From contig NC_068996.1 in NCBI RefSeq assembly GCF_001194135.2, positions 18,114,672 through 18,178,671 of the forward strand: a stretch of 64,000 nt of DNA. Reading direction: 5' to 3'. Below, one piece after another: positions 26,236-38,672 of this stretch (positions are counted from its first letter, which is position 1; each line of letters opens with the position of its first letter). A program made the translations under genes and the position numbers. Source of the DNA: Octopus bimaculoides (lineage: Eukaryota). The notes under the pieces were generated by a model, which was not told where the DNA came from, ran no database searches, and saw only the letters and a list, made by a program, of their open reading frames with translations.

Positions 26236-28746
26236 GTGAAAAAATCTAAGTCTAAAAAGAATTCTGGTAACAAAAGCAATAAGAAAAAGAGTAATTATAA
26301 GAATTTTAATAGTAGGCAAAACACTTCTGATGAAAAGCTAACTTCTAGCCGTAAGAGTTCTCGAAGATCTGCTGCTAGCTCAGACATTGCTAAATCTCGG
26401 AGCAATGGACTAAGTAGCACTAGAAAGTCACTCATTAATAATAATGAAAAAGATGAAAACAGTTCAAGTCGGGGTGGGAAAATGAAGGGCATTAATTCCG
26501 TAAGATCTGAACACTCTTCACCAGTAAGCACTGGTATGTTGAAGCATGCTCTTAAGAAGGATGTTTCAAAGATTCCATCCAATCCTAGTGCCCAAAACAA
26601 GGCTACTTCAAATCAAAAAGTGCTAAATCTTAATTCCATTTCCAGTAAGAACAGTAATTCTGTAATTAACACCAAAACATCTGCTTCTAGTACTGTCGGC
26701 AATCAAAAGTTGGTAGGGTCTAAAAGAGCTAAAAAAGGAGTCGGGGCTAATAAAAAGAAGGTAGGCGGTCCTGGTAGAAAACCGGTTGGTTCAGGCAAAA
26801 AAGGTGCTGGGTCTAAGAAATCTAATACCAAAAAAGCAAACTCTAACAAAGTTGCATCTACTAAGAAGTTATCAGGTGGTGTAATATCTAAGAAATCAGC
26901 TGCTACATCAACAGTTGGTACATCCACTACTACTACTACTACTAGCAAGAAAGGGTCACAGGTAAATTCTGTTAAAAAAATTAAAGTGAATTCTAAGAAA
27001 CTGCTTAGAGCTACCCTAATAGCTCAGGAGAAACTAGCTGCTGATTTACAGGTAGCAGCCACTACGACTGCTTCAACACCTGTTCCAGTTTCTTCTGCTA
27101 GGATATTAGAAACAGCCGTAAAAGTTTCAGAACATGTAAAAGTAGAGTCGAAATCAACCAGCAAACTACCAACCAATTCAACCGTAAAAGTGTTGTCAGC
27201 AGCAGCAAAAACTACTCATACTTTAACAGTTAGCACATCTACTCAAATGGCTTGTGCCTCATCTGTTAGTACCTCTGTCACACGTGTTTTACCTGTGAGT
27301 TCTACTGGAACTTCTGTTCCACATATTGTTCCAGTCAGTGCAGCTACATGCATTGTATCTGGATCAACAGCTGCTCATGTCTGGACAACTTTAGCTCAAA
27401 AAGTACCAATTGGTCATATGGTGCCAATCAGAGCTTTAGGACAAAAAATACAGGTGCCAATGTCTGCTTTAACTCAAAAAGTACCTGTCAATACTATCAC
27501 TCAAAAAGTACCTATTTCAACTATAACTCAAGTTCCTGTGTCTGCTATTACCCAAGTTCCTATTAGTAGTATCACTCAAGTACCTGTCTCTGCTATATCT
27601 CAGAAGAAGGTACCTGTGTCAACTATAACTCATGTTCCTATGTCTGCTATTACACAGAAAATACCTGTAACTGCTGTTACTCAAGTCCCCATTACAGCAA
27701 TCACACAGAAGGTTCCTATTAAAACCTATTCTCAAAAGGTTCCTGTCACTACTATCACACAAAAGGTGCCAATTACTACAATAACACAGAAGATACCCTC
27801 TCAAAAGGTTCCCGTACCTATTGCTACACATAAGATACCTGTAACTTTTGCTACACAGAAACTTCCGGTATCTGTCTTACAGCAGAAACTTCCGGTATCT
27901 GTCTTACAGCAGAAACTTCCAGTATCTGTCTTACAACAGAAACTTCCAGTAACTATTGCAGCACAGAAATTACCTACAACTTCTCTTACTCCAAAGTTTA
28001 TAGTTTCTACTCCAACTCAAAAACTTTTATTTTCCACTCCAACCCAAAAACTATTGGTTCCAACTCAAGCACAAAAGCTATTAGTCACCTCATCAACTCA
28101 AAAGATTTTAGTATCGGCTCCTACGCAAAAACTATTAGTTGCAACCCCTACTCAAACGCATCTAGTTTCTACTGCACCAAGCCAAAAATTACCCCTGATA
28201 TCAACTCCTACCCAAACTGTGCCAGTGTCCACTATTCTTCCTAAGGCAGCAGTTACCACTTCAACTACACAGAATTGCCCGACTGTCAATCATGTCGGTG
28301 TTGAAAGTGTTTTAAGTGGTTCTCCTACAATTCCTGTTAAGTACACACAGGTTGTCCCTGCTCCACTTATCTCTATTCCAGTAACCACGGCAACGTCCAG
28401 TCCTCAGCCTTGGTCAAATCCAAATCTTGTGATACGAACCCGACGGGCTTCTATGCAAGAGTCTAAGAAGCGGGCAGATACTTCAGAGAGTGTCGATGCA
28501 GATGACAGTGTGGATAAAGAGTCAGCAGAGCATGTTATAAATGTAACAAATAAGTTGAATAATATCATTATAGACTTACCTGAAAGTCTACTTACAACAG
28601 ATACGCTAACAAATAGTGGAGGAAGTCAGATAGTGCAAATATCACATCCTAACTATAAACAGCAGAATTTAAATGGGCCAGATTTGTCCAACAAAATCAG
28701 TAGCAATTGTGTTGGGTCTGGTGACATCTTACCTGAAAATGGTTGA
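26101..28746 (+). CDS. dom: domino alternative terminal exon (read-through), SRCAP/DOM-B-like isoform: K/S-rich basic block, TQKVPV-type repeats, acidic/N-rich end
   Basis: 881 uninterrupted codons plus TGA in AT-rich DNA, in frame with the conserved exon start. Confidence 0.88.
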   Translation, partial: EDIESAKKDWELARLKSLKEEEEIRAELEEDEMLFTYTRDDAYNQVKKSKSKKNSGNKSNKKKSNYKNFNSRQNTSDEKLTSSRKSSRRSAASSDIAKSRSNGLSSTRKSLINNNEKDENSSSRGGKMKGINSVRSEHSSPVSTGMLKHALKKDVSKIPSNPSAQNKATSNQKVLNLNSISSKNSNSVINTKTSASSTVGNQKLVGSKRAKKGVGANKKKVGGPGRKPVGSGKKGAGSKKSNTKKANSNKVASTKKLSGGVISKKSAATSTVGTSTTTTTTSKKGSQVNSVKKIKVNSKKLLRATLIAQEKLAADLQVAATTTASTPVPVSSARILETAVKVSEHVKVESKSTSKLPTNSTVKVLSAAAKTTHTLTVSTSTQMACASSVSTSVTRVLPVSSTGTSVPHIVPVSAATCIVSGSTAAHVWTTLAQKVPIGHMVPIRALGQKIQVPMSALTQKVPVNTITQKVPISTITQVPVSAITQVPISSITQVPVSAISQKKVPVSTITHVPMSAITQKIPVTAVTQVPITAITQKVPIKTYSQKVPVTTITQKVPITTITQKIPSQKVPVPIATHKIPVTFATQKLPVSVLQQKLPVSVLQQKLPVSVLQQKLPVTIAAQKLPTTSLTPKFIVSTPTQKLLFSTPTQKLLVPTQAQKLLVTSSTQKILVSAPTQKLLVATPTQTHLVSTAPSQKLPLISTPTQTVPVSTILPKAAVTTSTTQNCPTVNHVGVESVLSGSPTIPVKYTQVVPAPLISIPVTTATSSPQPWSNPNLVIRTRRASMQESKKRADTSESVDADDSVDKESAEHVINVTNKLNNIIIDLPESLLTTDTLTNSGGSQIVQISHPNYKQQNLNGPDLSNKISSNCVGSGDILPENG
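27856..27950 (+). repeat. 27-bp coding tandem repeat (QKLPVSVLQ), about 3.5 units
   Basis: cagaaacttcc(g/a)gtatctgtcttaca units starting at 27856, 27883, 27910 and 27937. Confidence 0.95.
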
Positions 28747-28789
28747 TTACTCTATTAATCAAGTAGAACATTTAATTTTAAACCTGGAA

Positions 28790-29435
28790 AAAAAAATATG
28801 TATATTTGTATATGTATACATACACACATTCACCTTTCTCTGACATGTGCAAGTATATGTTATTGTATACATACGTATGTTTACTCACATGCACGTGCAC
28901 ACATGTAGTGCTTTTTACTATGGTGTGTGTATGTGTGTGTGTGTATGTAACGTCTGTAACTTGAATTACCATCTGCCAACGTAGGTACTGAATTCAATAG
29001 GAAGTTGCTCGAGATGTTAAACATTGTGGGAAGACTTTGTGATACATTTCAGATTGAAAAAACGGAGACATGCATATGTAGGCAGATACATATATATATA
29101 TATATTATATATAAAATATTTATGTAATATATGTTGTATATATTATTTTATATATATTTAATATATATTACAATATATTTGTATATTTTTACTATATCTA
29201 CACACATCACATATACATGCATATATATTTTATGCACACACATACACACATATATACATGTATTTATGTATTTATATTAATATTTGTATAGTGTGTGTAT
29301 GTGTGTGTGTATATATATAATATATTTACATATGTGTATAGACACGTATGTATATTAATTGTGTGTATATATAATATATGTGTTTGTGTGTGTATATATA
29401 ATGTACATATATACGTATGTATATATATATTAACA
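28790..29435. repeat. TA/CA/TG-rich low-complexity tract after the read-through stop codon
   Basis: Interrupted dinucleotide repeats. Confidence 0.85.
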
Positions 29436-29624
29436 TATGCAAGTTGACGATCAACTGTTGGTAAAGATTGAGAGAAAAAAAATGCAACATCTGGCAGTTT
29501 TTTGTACTGCATGTAAAAGATTTTCAGGGCTTAATGGTATTGTTGTGATATCTCAAGGCGAAGAAAAAAATTATTATGTAAGATATTTAACTCAAGAATT
29601 TTTTTTTTTCTTTTTTCTGTGAAA

Positions 29625-29700
29625 AATAAATGACTGAACAAACCTTTCTGTTGGTTATCGGCATCTCATTCCTGGTATGTGTGTTCTGTCGCTGTGTGTG
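29625..29700 (+). promoter_or_regulatory. candidate polyadenylation signal for the read-through isoform
   Basis: AATAAA at 29625-29630 after a U-rich tract, followed by GT-rich sequence. Other AATAAA hexamers occur further down (e.g. 29991). Confidence 0.4.
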
Positions 29701-32700
29701 TAAATAAGCAGGGGCACTGCTCTGATGATTCAAGGTTTTGGTGTCAACCTTTTTTCTCAACAATTAGTTCATCTCATTTCATTGGTGCATTGCAGTTCCT
29801 GGAGCTCCTCCTCTTCAACTACTTTTCCTCTTTTTTTTTTTTTTTAATCCATCCATCCATCTTTCCAACCAACCGACCAACCATCCATCCAACCATCTTT
29901 ATAAAAATGGCAACAGTGATCTATTTATCTATATATGTATATATACACACTTATGTATGTATATATATGTAAAGTACACACCATACATACAATAAATTAT
30001 ATACAACATATTATGTACACAAAATTTTAAACATATTAAGAAAATTGTTTCTAGAAAAAAAACCATTGAAATAAGTTTTACAAAAACTACTTGTGATTGA
30101 AATTGGGTTTTGAAAAAATTCATATTTTCTAATGTGCATGATTTAAAAATTACATTAATAACCACTTTTGACAAGTTTTAGAGAAGATTTTAATTTCTAT
30201 TATTGATTAATTTTAAATGGTATTTAATGCGAAATTATATTTTGTAGTTAGTCTGTTTGTATAAGATTTGATGTATTTCAGTTGCAAAAATATCTAGTAT
30301 AATACCATTATTAAACATTTGTGTGAAACTGCTAAATTGCATTTTTTTCTCAAATTATATAGTGACTATAATTTTTTCTCACGAGATAGGACTTTGGTTG
30401 GTTAAGCTTTTGATTTGGGGAAATCTTTGAAGAAAAATTTGTATCATTTGTCTCCATTGTATAGACATATGGTATAGTTATCATTTTATTAGCAGGCATA
30501 TTATTGGCTATCTTAAAGAAGGAAAAAAAAGAAAAACTGGCTTTTTAGAGAACAAAAATTTAGGTGTTTGAAATAGACAAGTAAAAATATTGAAAACAAT
30601 AATTGTATCACTGTCAATCAGTGTGTTAAATTTCCTCTCTCCTTGTCTTCCCCTCCTCCTACTTTCTTTTCATATATTAAAATCTCTCGTCTCCTGTTCT
30701 ATTAGAAAATGCTGAAATGATATCCATCTTTTTATCATGAATAAATCTCTTTAAGTTACCCCCTAAGATTGAAAACTTTTTTAAGAAATATCCAAAAATT
30801 TCTGACTAGGCACCAAATACCTTGTATCATGCTGTGCCTTGCCAGGCAGCTCCTTACACCAAGGAAATGAGATGCTGGTTGACTGCAGAATAGGTTTTTA
30901 ATAACCATATTCAGCCGTGAATCACTATATGCTCACTATATTTTATTGAGCTATAATGTGTGCTTACCAGGTACCTGTCAAATAAGCACTCGATAGCTCT
31001 TTCATTATCTACATTTTGGACCTAAGTACATTTTTGTGTTGCCATGAACATGTTTTTTTATTAAATCTTCAAATTCCCTAAAAATAATCAGTAATTTTTA
31101 TTTTATATCTTACAAAATGAATTTTAAAAAGTACCTAATATTTTCTTCATCCAGCCATATAAGCATAAATTAATTCCCATTTTATCAAATTTCAATTATG
31201 AATCTTATTCTACACTGCAAATTGCTTAGTTTATGATATTTCAAATCTGTTTAGTGAAAAATTAAATGTACAAAAAGATATAAGGATTCATGTACTGGTT
31301 GCAGATTAGTTGACTCCTTGTTTAAGTCTAGTTTCCAATCTAAAAATAACTCTTTTCCACTAATGATGTGGGCCATTAAAAAAAAAAGGCTAGACTTGTA
31401 AGCACATTTTCCCTTCTCTTTATTAAAATATCAACTAATTTGTTATGTGGACAATATAAAGCTTAGAAGTTGAAACCTATTTTTAGATGAGAACTGATAT
31501 AGAAACAGGTTTTTTTTTTTTTTCTAAACCATTTTAAAGTTACATGTAATGTTCACTGTAGAGTTTTTGAATGGTAAACAAAGATACTTTACTCTGATTG
31601 TTGCTGTTTAACCCCAGGTTTGTCCTGATGTAGACCTTGTTGATTATAATCACTTGCAACAACTTTATATTCAGAAAAGAAAGGGGGGAAAAATGGTATT
31701 TAAACTGAGATTTAATTGTTAAATGAGCTAAGAAGAAACTGGTTGTTCAACTTGATAGATAGTAGTTGAGTCTCCCTCTAATTATACCCTACTCTTAAAT
31801 AAGAACGGGTAACATTAGGAAATGTTGTCATAGATAAATCTAAGACAGTTGGCTGTAGTTGGAATACCTTAAATCATGAATCTATTTGGTCAGAAGAGGG
31901 AGTAAACAAATCTGAGTAAAAGGAGATTTCTCTAGGTCAGTCATCTTCCTGGAAGTAACAGTTAAATCACTGATCGTTCCTTGGTAGATTAGGAAAGAAA
32001 GAAAGAAAAAAAAAGAGGCAGGTTAATGTAGTCTGAAGTCAGACTTCCTTCAAAGTAAGACAGAATGGTCATGGTTGGAATATCTTTAATGATAGGTTTA
32101 TCAATTAAGTTTGACCTTGACTAAACAAGACCTGTTGTTAAAAAGAATGTCTGTGAGATGTTAGGACATTGTTAAGTCTGACACTAGAGAAGTAGCAACA
32201 CCCAAGAATACGATATATATCCTGAACGTCAATTAAGGCAATACAACTAGCAATAGCTTCACTTGTTTTATTTCTTCCTCTTTTAAAAATAGATGAAAAG
32301 TAAGATTTTAATTTTAAAATTAATATGAATTTCAAAATTAACTCAAGTAGCATTCTTTAGGGTGCTTTAGTTTTCTCCCTTTATGCTTAGAAAATGGTTT
32401 GTTTGAAGAACATAAAAAAAGGTACTTTAAAAAAATAACAAAAGCAATTCATAGTTTTAAATCTTACATAATAATATTTCACACATTTTGAGAAACATTT
32501 TGTTGAGTTGTGCCCTTGCTCATTAATTTAGATGTTGAAAATTTTGTGAAATTGTTGTGTGTTGTTTTATTTTAAAAGAGGGAAATTTTTATTTAAAAAA
32601 AAAAATGAGTTTATAACTGGCTGGAATCTAACCTGAAATCCTGCACTATATGTGCTGAAAATTTTAGTGTCATAATTGGAAGAAAGAATACCAATGTGTT

Positions 32701-33682
32701 TATAAATTATAAACATATCCTAATTATAAATATTATTATGCATCTTGCACCAGCTGGTATGTATTAAGGTATGTATAAGGTATGAATTCATAACAGTTTC
32801 TGAAGTTAGCCTTTGATTACAAACTTAATTTACAATTTTGAGATTATGCTAATTTAATTTCGATTTTCATAAAAAAAATTTTATCTATATACCTAGGTTG
32901 ATAATACCTAAGATTCTGATGGAAATTTTGACAGAGATTAGTCAGGAAATCGAAAATATATTTCTTTAACATTTTATGTTAGTACCATAAATAAGTAATG
33001 TTTGCAATCAGGGGCGTTCTTAGTGGATAGCAACTAACTTGATGTGTTATAAAATAATAATAATAGTGGTAATAAACAAACAAGATATTATTAAAAGATA
33101 ACTTTTTTTCTTTGTATTTAAAAATTTATGACCTCAACTGCAACAGTAGAATATGTAATTGTCGATAACTGATAGTGACTAAAGATGCTTCTTTTTTAAG
33201 TTTGCCATTTATAAACCTTCAAAAGCAGCTTGTTTTAAGGCTGCAGGTAAATATTAGGAAAGCCTTTCTCTATATGTCAACTGAGAATACTCTCAAAGCA
33301 TGAGAATATGTTCTTTGATTCTGGTTATTTGGTAGATCCTGCTAGAATATGTTAAATATAAAATGAATGCAAATTTTCGTTTTTTTAAAACACTTTTTTC
33401 ATCTTAAAATTATATTGAGTTTATACCAAGAATCATTCCTCTTTGGATGATGAGTATATTGTTAGTAATGAATGTAGTCCTTGGAAGGTATGCTATACCT
33501 GTCTTTCGTTATAAGGACAGTTGTAAGGTGACTGACTAGTGCCTCAATACCCCAAAACTGGGTTCCAGTCATTATTACTTGTATTGCAGCATTCACCAAG
33601 GTCCATTACTCAATTTTCCTCCTTTATAACTTTATCTCTTGGCACTAGTAGCATATTAACTTTTTCTTGTGAGCAGTTAACA

Positions 33683-33906
33683 TTAACTATTTAACATTTA
33701 GTTTACTTCGACAAATGTAACGCTCATTTGTTCACATTGTTATCGATCATTCATTATCTTGTAGCTTCAAGATATTAATGATGTGATTCTTTAATTTTAG
33801 AATGTCATTGTACAGTACATGTGAGAAGCCAGGTCTGTCAGGTCTTAACATAAAACAAGTAGAATATTTGGGCCAGATATGACTGGTTTAAATACTAAAG
33901 GGTTAA
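33683..33906. mobile_element. piggyBac-like MITE family A copy
   Basis: Shared interior; ends aatactaaagggttaa. Confidence 0.78.
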
Positions 33907-35587
33907 GAATAACTGAAAAGTAATTCTCCAAAAGTATCAACATACTGTCTTACTGGGTGGGTGGGGGAATAATCTTAAGTAGGAGGATAATTTTCTCAGA
34001 GGAATAACTGCTTTCCATTACAAATGATCTATTGTAAGGAAATTACAATTTTTTTCAGTTTTCTGAGTTTCTTGGAAAACTATTGAATTCAGTTTGTACT
34101 AACATCTAGAAGAGACATGCTGTAGTTGCAGCATGGAACTGAATTTACCATTTGATGTTTTGAGATAACCCTCAAATTTCTTTTATTAGCATCATGAAAA
34201 TATTAAACACTGTGACTCACATAAGGCACCAAAGTAGTTTTTTTTTTGTTTTTTTTGCCAGTGGGAACTAATATCACATTTCTTATATCTGACTTTACAT
34301 CTCAATTAGCTTGTAAAAATCTAATATAGATCTTATTCCTTTTTCTACAGTTCTCTTGTATGAGAGGTATAGCTCCCCCTTCATTCAGAAGCATTTTAGC
34401 ATCAATTATTTAATATCAAGCAATCGGTTGATAATTGGAAAACTGATCTAAATTGTTATAAATTTTCTTTTATATCTAAAGCAGATTTTTTTTTTATTTC
34501 TAAAACCCAAAAGCATCTTAAATTTTAAAATGAAAAGTATATTATAGGCTATTTAGCATTTCATTTACTGCCTCTTCACCCTGGTTAATTTAAAAGCTTT
34601 CCCTAATCATATCATACAAACATGCATTTTGTTGAAATTTTAAGATATAAATACATTATATATATTTAAATTAATTTGGTGTGAACGCTTGCTCACTTAT
34701 TTTCTAAATATTAAATTATGGAATGCTCAGTTATATACTTATAAATTATATTTAAGGAAAATTATTTATGGAATGTATTCCTAGTAACTACAAGTCTTTA
34801 CTTCAGATTTATTTGTAAATCTAGTTCTTATGGTGTTTGTGTGTGTCATATATATACACACACATCTCATAAACTTAGCTATTTCTAGAGCAAAATTTAA
34901 GTGAATACTCTCAGGTACAGCAGAGATGGTAAAACTTGTAATTCTGTGATGTTCCACCAAGTTAGACACAAGGTTTTAGTCTTCAGTTTGCACTGTGACT
35001 TCACCATTTCATTAATAATGATGATTAAAAAAAAAAAAGGTATCTGAATGATAGAGCATGGTGAATCTATATTAAATCGCATGTCTAGCATTAACCCAGT
35101 TAAACTGATCATTTTATCTTGGTACCAAAAATCACTTGAATTTTAGCTCTAGGTTATGATGATGTTAAAGTTGTGGTGTGCATGTTAATTAGAATTATTA
35201 ACTAGAATTTAAGAATGAACTATACAAAATGTAATTTTAAGAGAAAGCAGATTAGTACAGTATCTGTTCTCTTGAAAAGGTAAGAACATTAAGGGACTAG
35301 ATATCAGGGAAGATCCAGTCAGTCTTGCAGTTGACAAAAATATCAGGTAAATGGTAACAAGGATATCTTCAGTTTATGCTAGTAATCTGAAAGTAATGAG
35401 CACTGGCACTCAACAATTACACTCATCGCATTTGTAATACAAGGAGTGGGTTGGATGTGGGCACTGTCAGTTATTTACTTTTAACTGGAGGTGATTTCTG
35501 CATTCAGACAGCTATTTGTTATAGTATTTTGTTATTTTTGGACACCTAGTCTTACTACATCTTAATGGTCCTCACTTTATGTTGCAG

Positions 35588-35623
35588 GTCTATGTATGTG
35601 ACATTGATCATGAACCAATGCCT
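35588..35623 (+). CDS. dom: domino 36-nt microexon (VYVCDIDHEPMP), EP400-like isoform
   Basis: ttgcag acceptor, gtaagt donor; fills the EP400-type YVY...MP segment between DAYNQ and MWAPPTPP. Confidence 0.88.
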
Positions 35624-36662
35624 GTAAGTTTACCTTAAAAGTTTTTCATCTCATCCAAATGATGAATACAAACTTGATATTTATTTTTTATTTTAGGAAA
35701 ATATTGCCAAAAAGAAAAAAAAAAGACCGAAATAAAGAAAATATACCTTTTGATTCCCTCATATCATTTTCCAAACCTGCCAAGAATTACATTGATTTTA
35801 ATTTTTAGTATCATAGTTAGAAGCCATCAGTTGAATATTATCTTACTGCATCCGTATTCTTTTGAGTAGAGCAGGGAAAGTACTGGGTGCTCATCCTTAT
35901 TTCTTCTGATTCAATATATCACCTGCACAAAATCGATAGTTTTTGTTTATAAAATAACACCAAATTTTAGTTGGACATATTAGTCCTTTTCTTATCTTGT
36001 GTATCACGTGATACACGTAGCATATTCCTCTGGCATTTGTGTAGCATAAAGGATTCATATTCCCATTTCAACCAGCAGAGTGACTTGGGACTTGTGAAAG
36101 AAAAGCTGTATATTATTCAAAACATATGAAAAAAGAGCTAGCTGAAAGTCTGAAAACAAGCATGGATATTTAGGAGAAACTTATGAAAATACTTTGAACG
36201 AGTAAAAGGGTTAATAGTTGCTGGTAATATTGGCAGTGAAGGCTTATTTGTAGTTACCCTTCTTAGATGGAACTAACTGTTTGCTCTTGCAGATGATTAA
36301 GAATATTGATTCACAACCACTTGGTTCTGCACTTCCATTGCCCAGTATATATGGCAAGTATCTTCTGCTACTAGTTCTTCAATGGTTGACTTAATCTTGT
36401 TGCCTAATTTAACACCACTACTTGGATCCTGGGTGACGCATTCACCCTTGGCCTCCAGTTTGAGGAGGACTTAGTGCTTCCCTCTTGGAAACCCTGAAAT
36501 AAGTTTTAAATTTCTCCTTTAAGCCATTAGAAAATAATAATTTAGTTAAAGCCTCTTAATTAGGAAAGGCACAAAAAGACTGTTCTCACTGCATAGGCAA
36601 GTCTTCTACTATAATAGTTTTATCCAATACCTTGTGATTATATATATATATCTGTGAGTGGA

Positions 36663-36700
<38 letters not shown>

Positions 36701-36784
36701 CATCCACTCACAAATACATGCACACACACACATACAGTTAGATATATATGTGTGTGCGTATCATAAGTGTAAGCATGATTGTAT

Positions 36785-37145
36785 TACTAAAAAGCTTGCT
36801 CCCAAGCATGTGATCTTGGGTTCAGTCCCACTGCACACCACCATAGGCAAGTGTCTTCTACTACACCTCCTGGCTGATTAAAACTTGGATTTGGTAAACA
36901 GAAAGTGAACAAAACCTGTTGTGTGTTTGTCTTTGTATGCATGCCCCATGTCTTGACACCATGTGATGATTGTAAACGAGTATCACTATCATATAAGCAG
37001 TGGTGCTTGTTTCCAATGTTCCATGAAAGACATGTCTGACAATGGAGAAATATTGGCTTACTTGGAGGCAAGTGACAGTTAGCAACAGAAAAGGCATCTG
37101 GCCATAGAAAATCTATCTCAGCATATTCCATCCAAGCCGTGCATT
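36785..37145 (+). mobile_element. tRNA-derived SINE with OR-like head and RTE-LINE-type tail
   Basis: gggttcagtcccactg and ggcaagtgtcttctacta head; aaaaggcatctggccatagaaa tail; similar copy at about 50325-50700. Confidence 0.75.
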
Positions 37146-37339
37146 CTACTGTTTCACTAATTTTCCGGGACATGTATGTATACATATATGAAACCAAGTT
37201 CAGTGTTGTTCATTAATATATCTCTCACATCCCTTTTTGCTTTCATAGGGGTGTTACAATATAAAAGAGGTTGTGCACTTGCTAATCCACTCTTGCCATT
37301 GGTTTCTAACTGGGGCAAAATTAGCATACATTCATCATC

Positions 37340-37650
37340 ATCATCGTTTAACGTCCGCTTTCCATGCTAGCATGGGTTGGACGATTTGACTGAGGACTGG
37401 TGAACCAGATGGCTACACCAGGCTCCAATCTGATCTGGCAGAGTTTCTACAGCTGGATGCCCTTCCTAACACCAACCACTCTGAGAGTGTAGTGGATGTT
37501 TTACGTTCCACCGGCACGAGGGCCAGTCAGGCGGTACTTTCAACGGCCATGCTCAAAATGGTGTATTTTATGTGCCACCTGCACAGGAGCCAGTCCATCG
37601 GCACTGGCAACGATCTCGCTCGAATGTCTTTTCACGTGCCACTGCATAGA
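37340..37650 (-). mobile_element. RTE 3'-UTR-derived repeat. Other copies at 56555-56797 (+), 40410-40587 (+) and 47350-47585 (-).
   Basis: catcatcatcgtttaacgtccgctttccatgctagcatgggttgg...ggatgcccttcctaacaccaacc; mirrors 56555-56797. Confidence 0.8.
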
Positions 37651-38524
37651 TGTCCATTAACACTTTCTCCAGCACTATGATGCTCTGTAACTATATTTGT
37701 CATTCAAAAGAATAACCAAAGGTACTTCTGATCATCTCAAAATGTGTCCAGTCACAATTAGTCTTTTCAATTGTAATTATGCTATAAGCACAGCTGAGTA
37801 GTGAAAAAGTTAGCTACCCACCCTCACTAATCTCCAGTCATCTTCACTATACACACCACCTTGTAACTTGATGTATGGCCCCTCCCCATTATATCTTGAC
37901 CAGCTTTCATTCCTTCTGAGGAAGCCATGTCTCTCTTCTAATGCAAAACACTTTTTTCTCTCCCTCACTTACTCCCCACTAGTTGCAAGAGTCTTGTCTT
38001 GCAAGTTAATTGGTGACCTCATTGTTGCTGGTGCCATGTTAAAAAGCACCCTGTACACTCTGTAAAGGGTTTGGTGTTAGGAAAGGTAGCCAGCTGTAGA
38101 AACCATATCAAACAGACAGCAGAGGAAGCTTAGTGTAGTCTTCTGACTTCCTGTTGAACCATCCTGTCCATGCCAACATGGAAAATGGACATTTAATGAT
38201 GATGAGTTTGATCCCACTGGACAACAGTCTTACCAAAGACTAAGGTTGACACAAGCCTTGTGAGTGAAATTCCCTATAATCAGCATGGCTTGGACAAATA
38301 TATATTATTGAGGCATTGTTTTACAGCTGGATGCTTTTCTTGATGCTAACTCTTACATGTTTTTCAAGTAAGGAAATTTACATTCCATTCATCTTTGCAA
38401 GTGCAGAGCTAGCAGATGATTTTTCTTTTTTGAGTGGGATATGTCAACAAATAATATCATCTGTAGCTCAGCTCAACACAGAAAGTAAACATTTACACAT
38501 GCATGCACATAGACAAAATGGCCA

Positions 38525-38672
38525 TTGTATGTTTTGTCTACGAAATTCACTCATGAGGCATTTGTTGGTCTGAGGCTATAGTATAGAAGACACCTATCCA
38601 TAGTGCTATATTGTGGGATTGAATTCAGAACCATGTGGTTGTAAAGAGGACTTTTTAACTGCAGCGACATGC
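38525..38672 (-). mobile_element. OR-type SINE head/core fragment
   Basis: Reverse complement of the 1254 head (gaggctatagtatagaagacac...gaaccatgtggttg). Similar fragments near 18060-18215, 50730-50860 and 55430-55580. Confidence 0.7.

Noticed and set aside
26295-27831. Antisense and off-frame ORFs over the long terminal exon
   Set aside because: Shadows of the repetitive coding strand; no independent motifs or splice signals.
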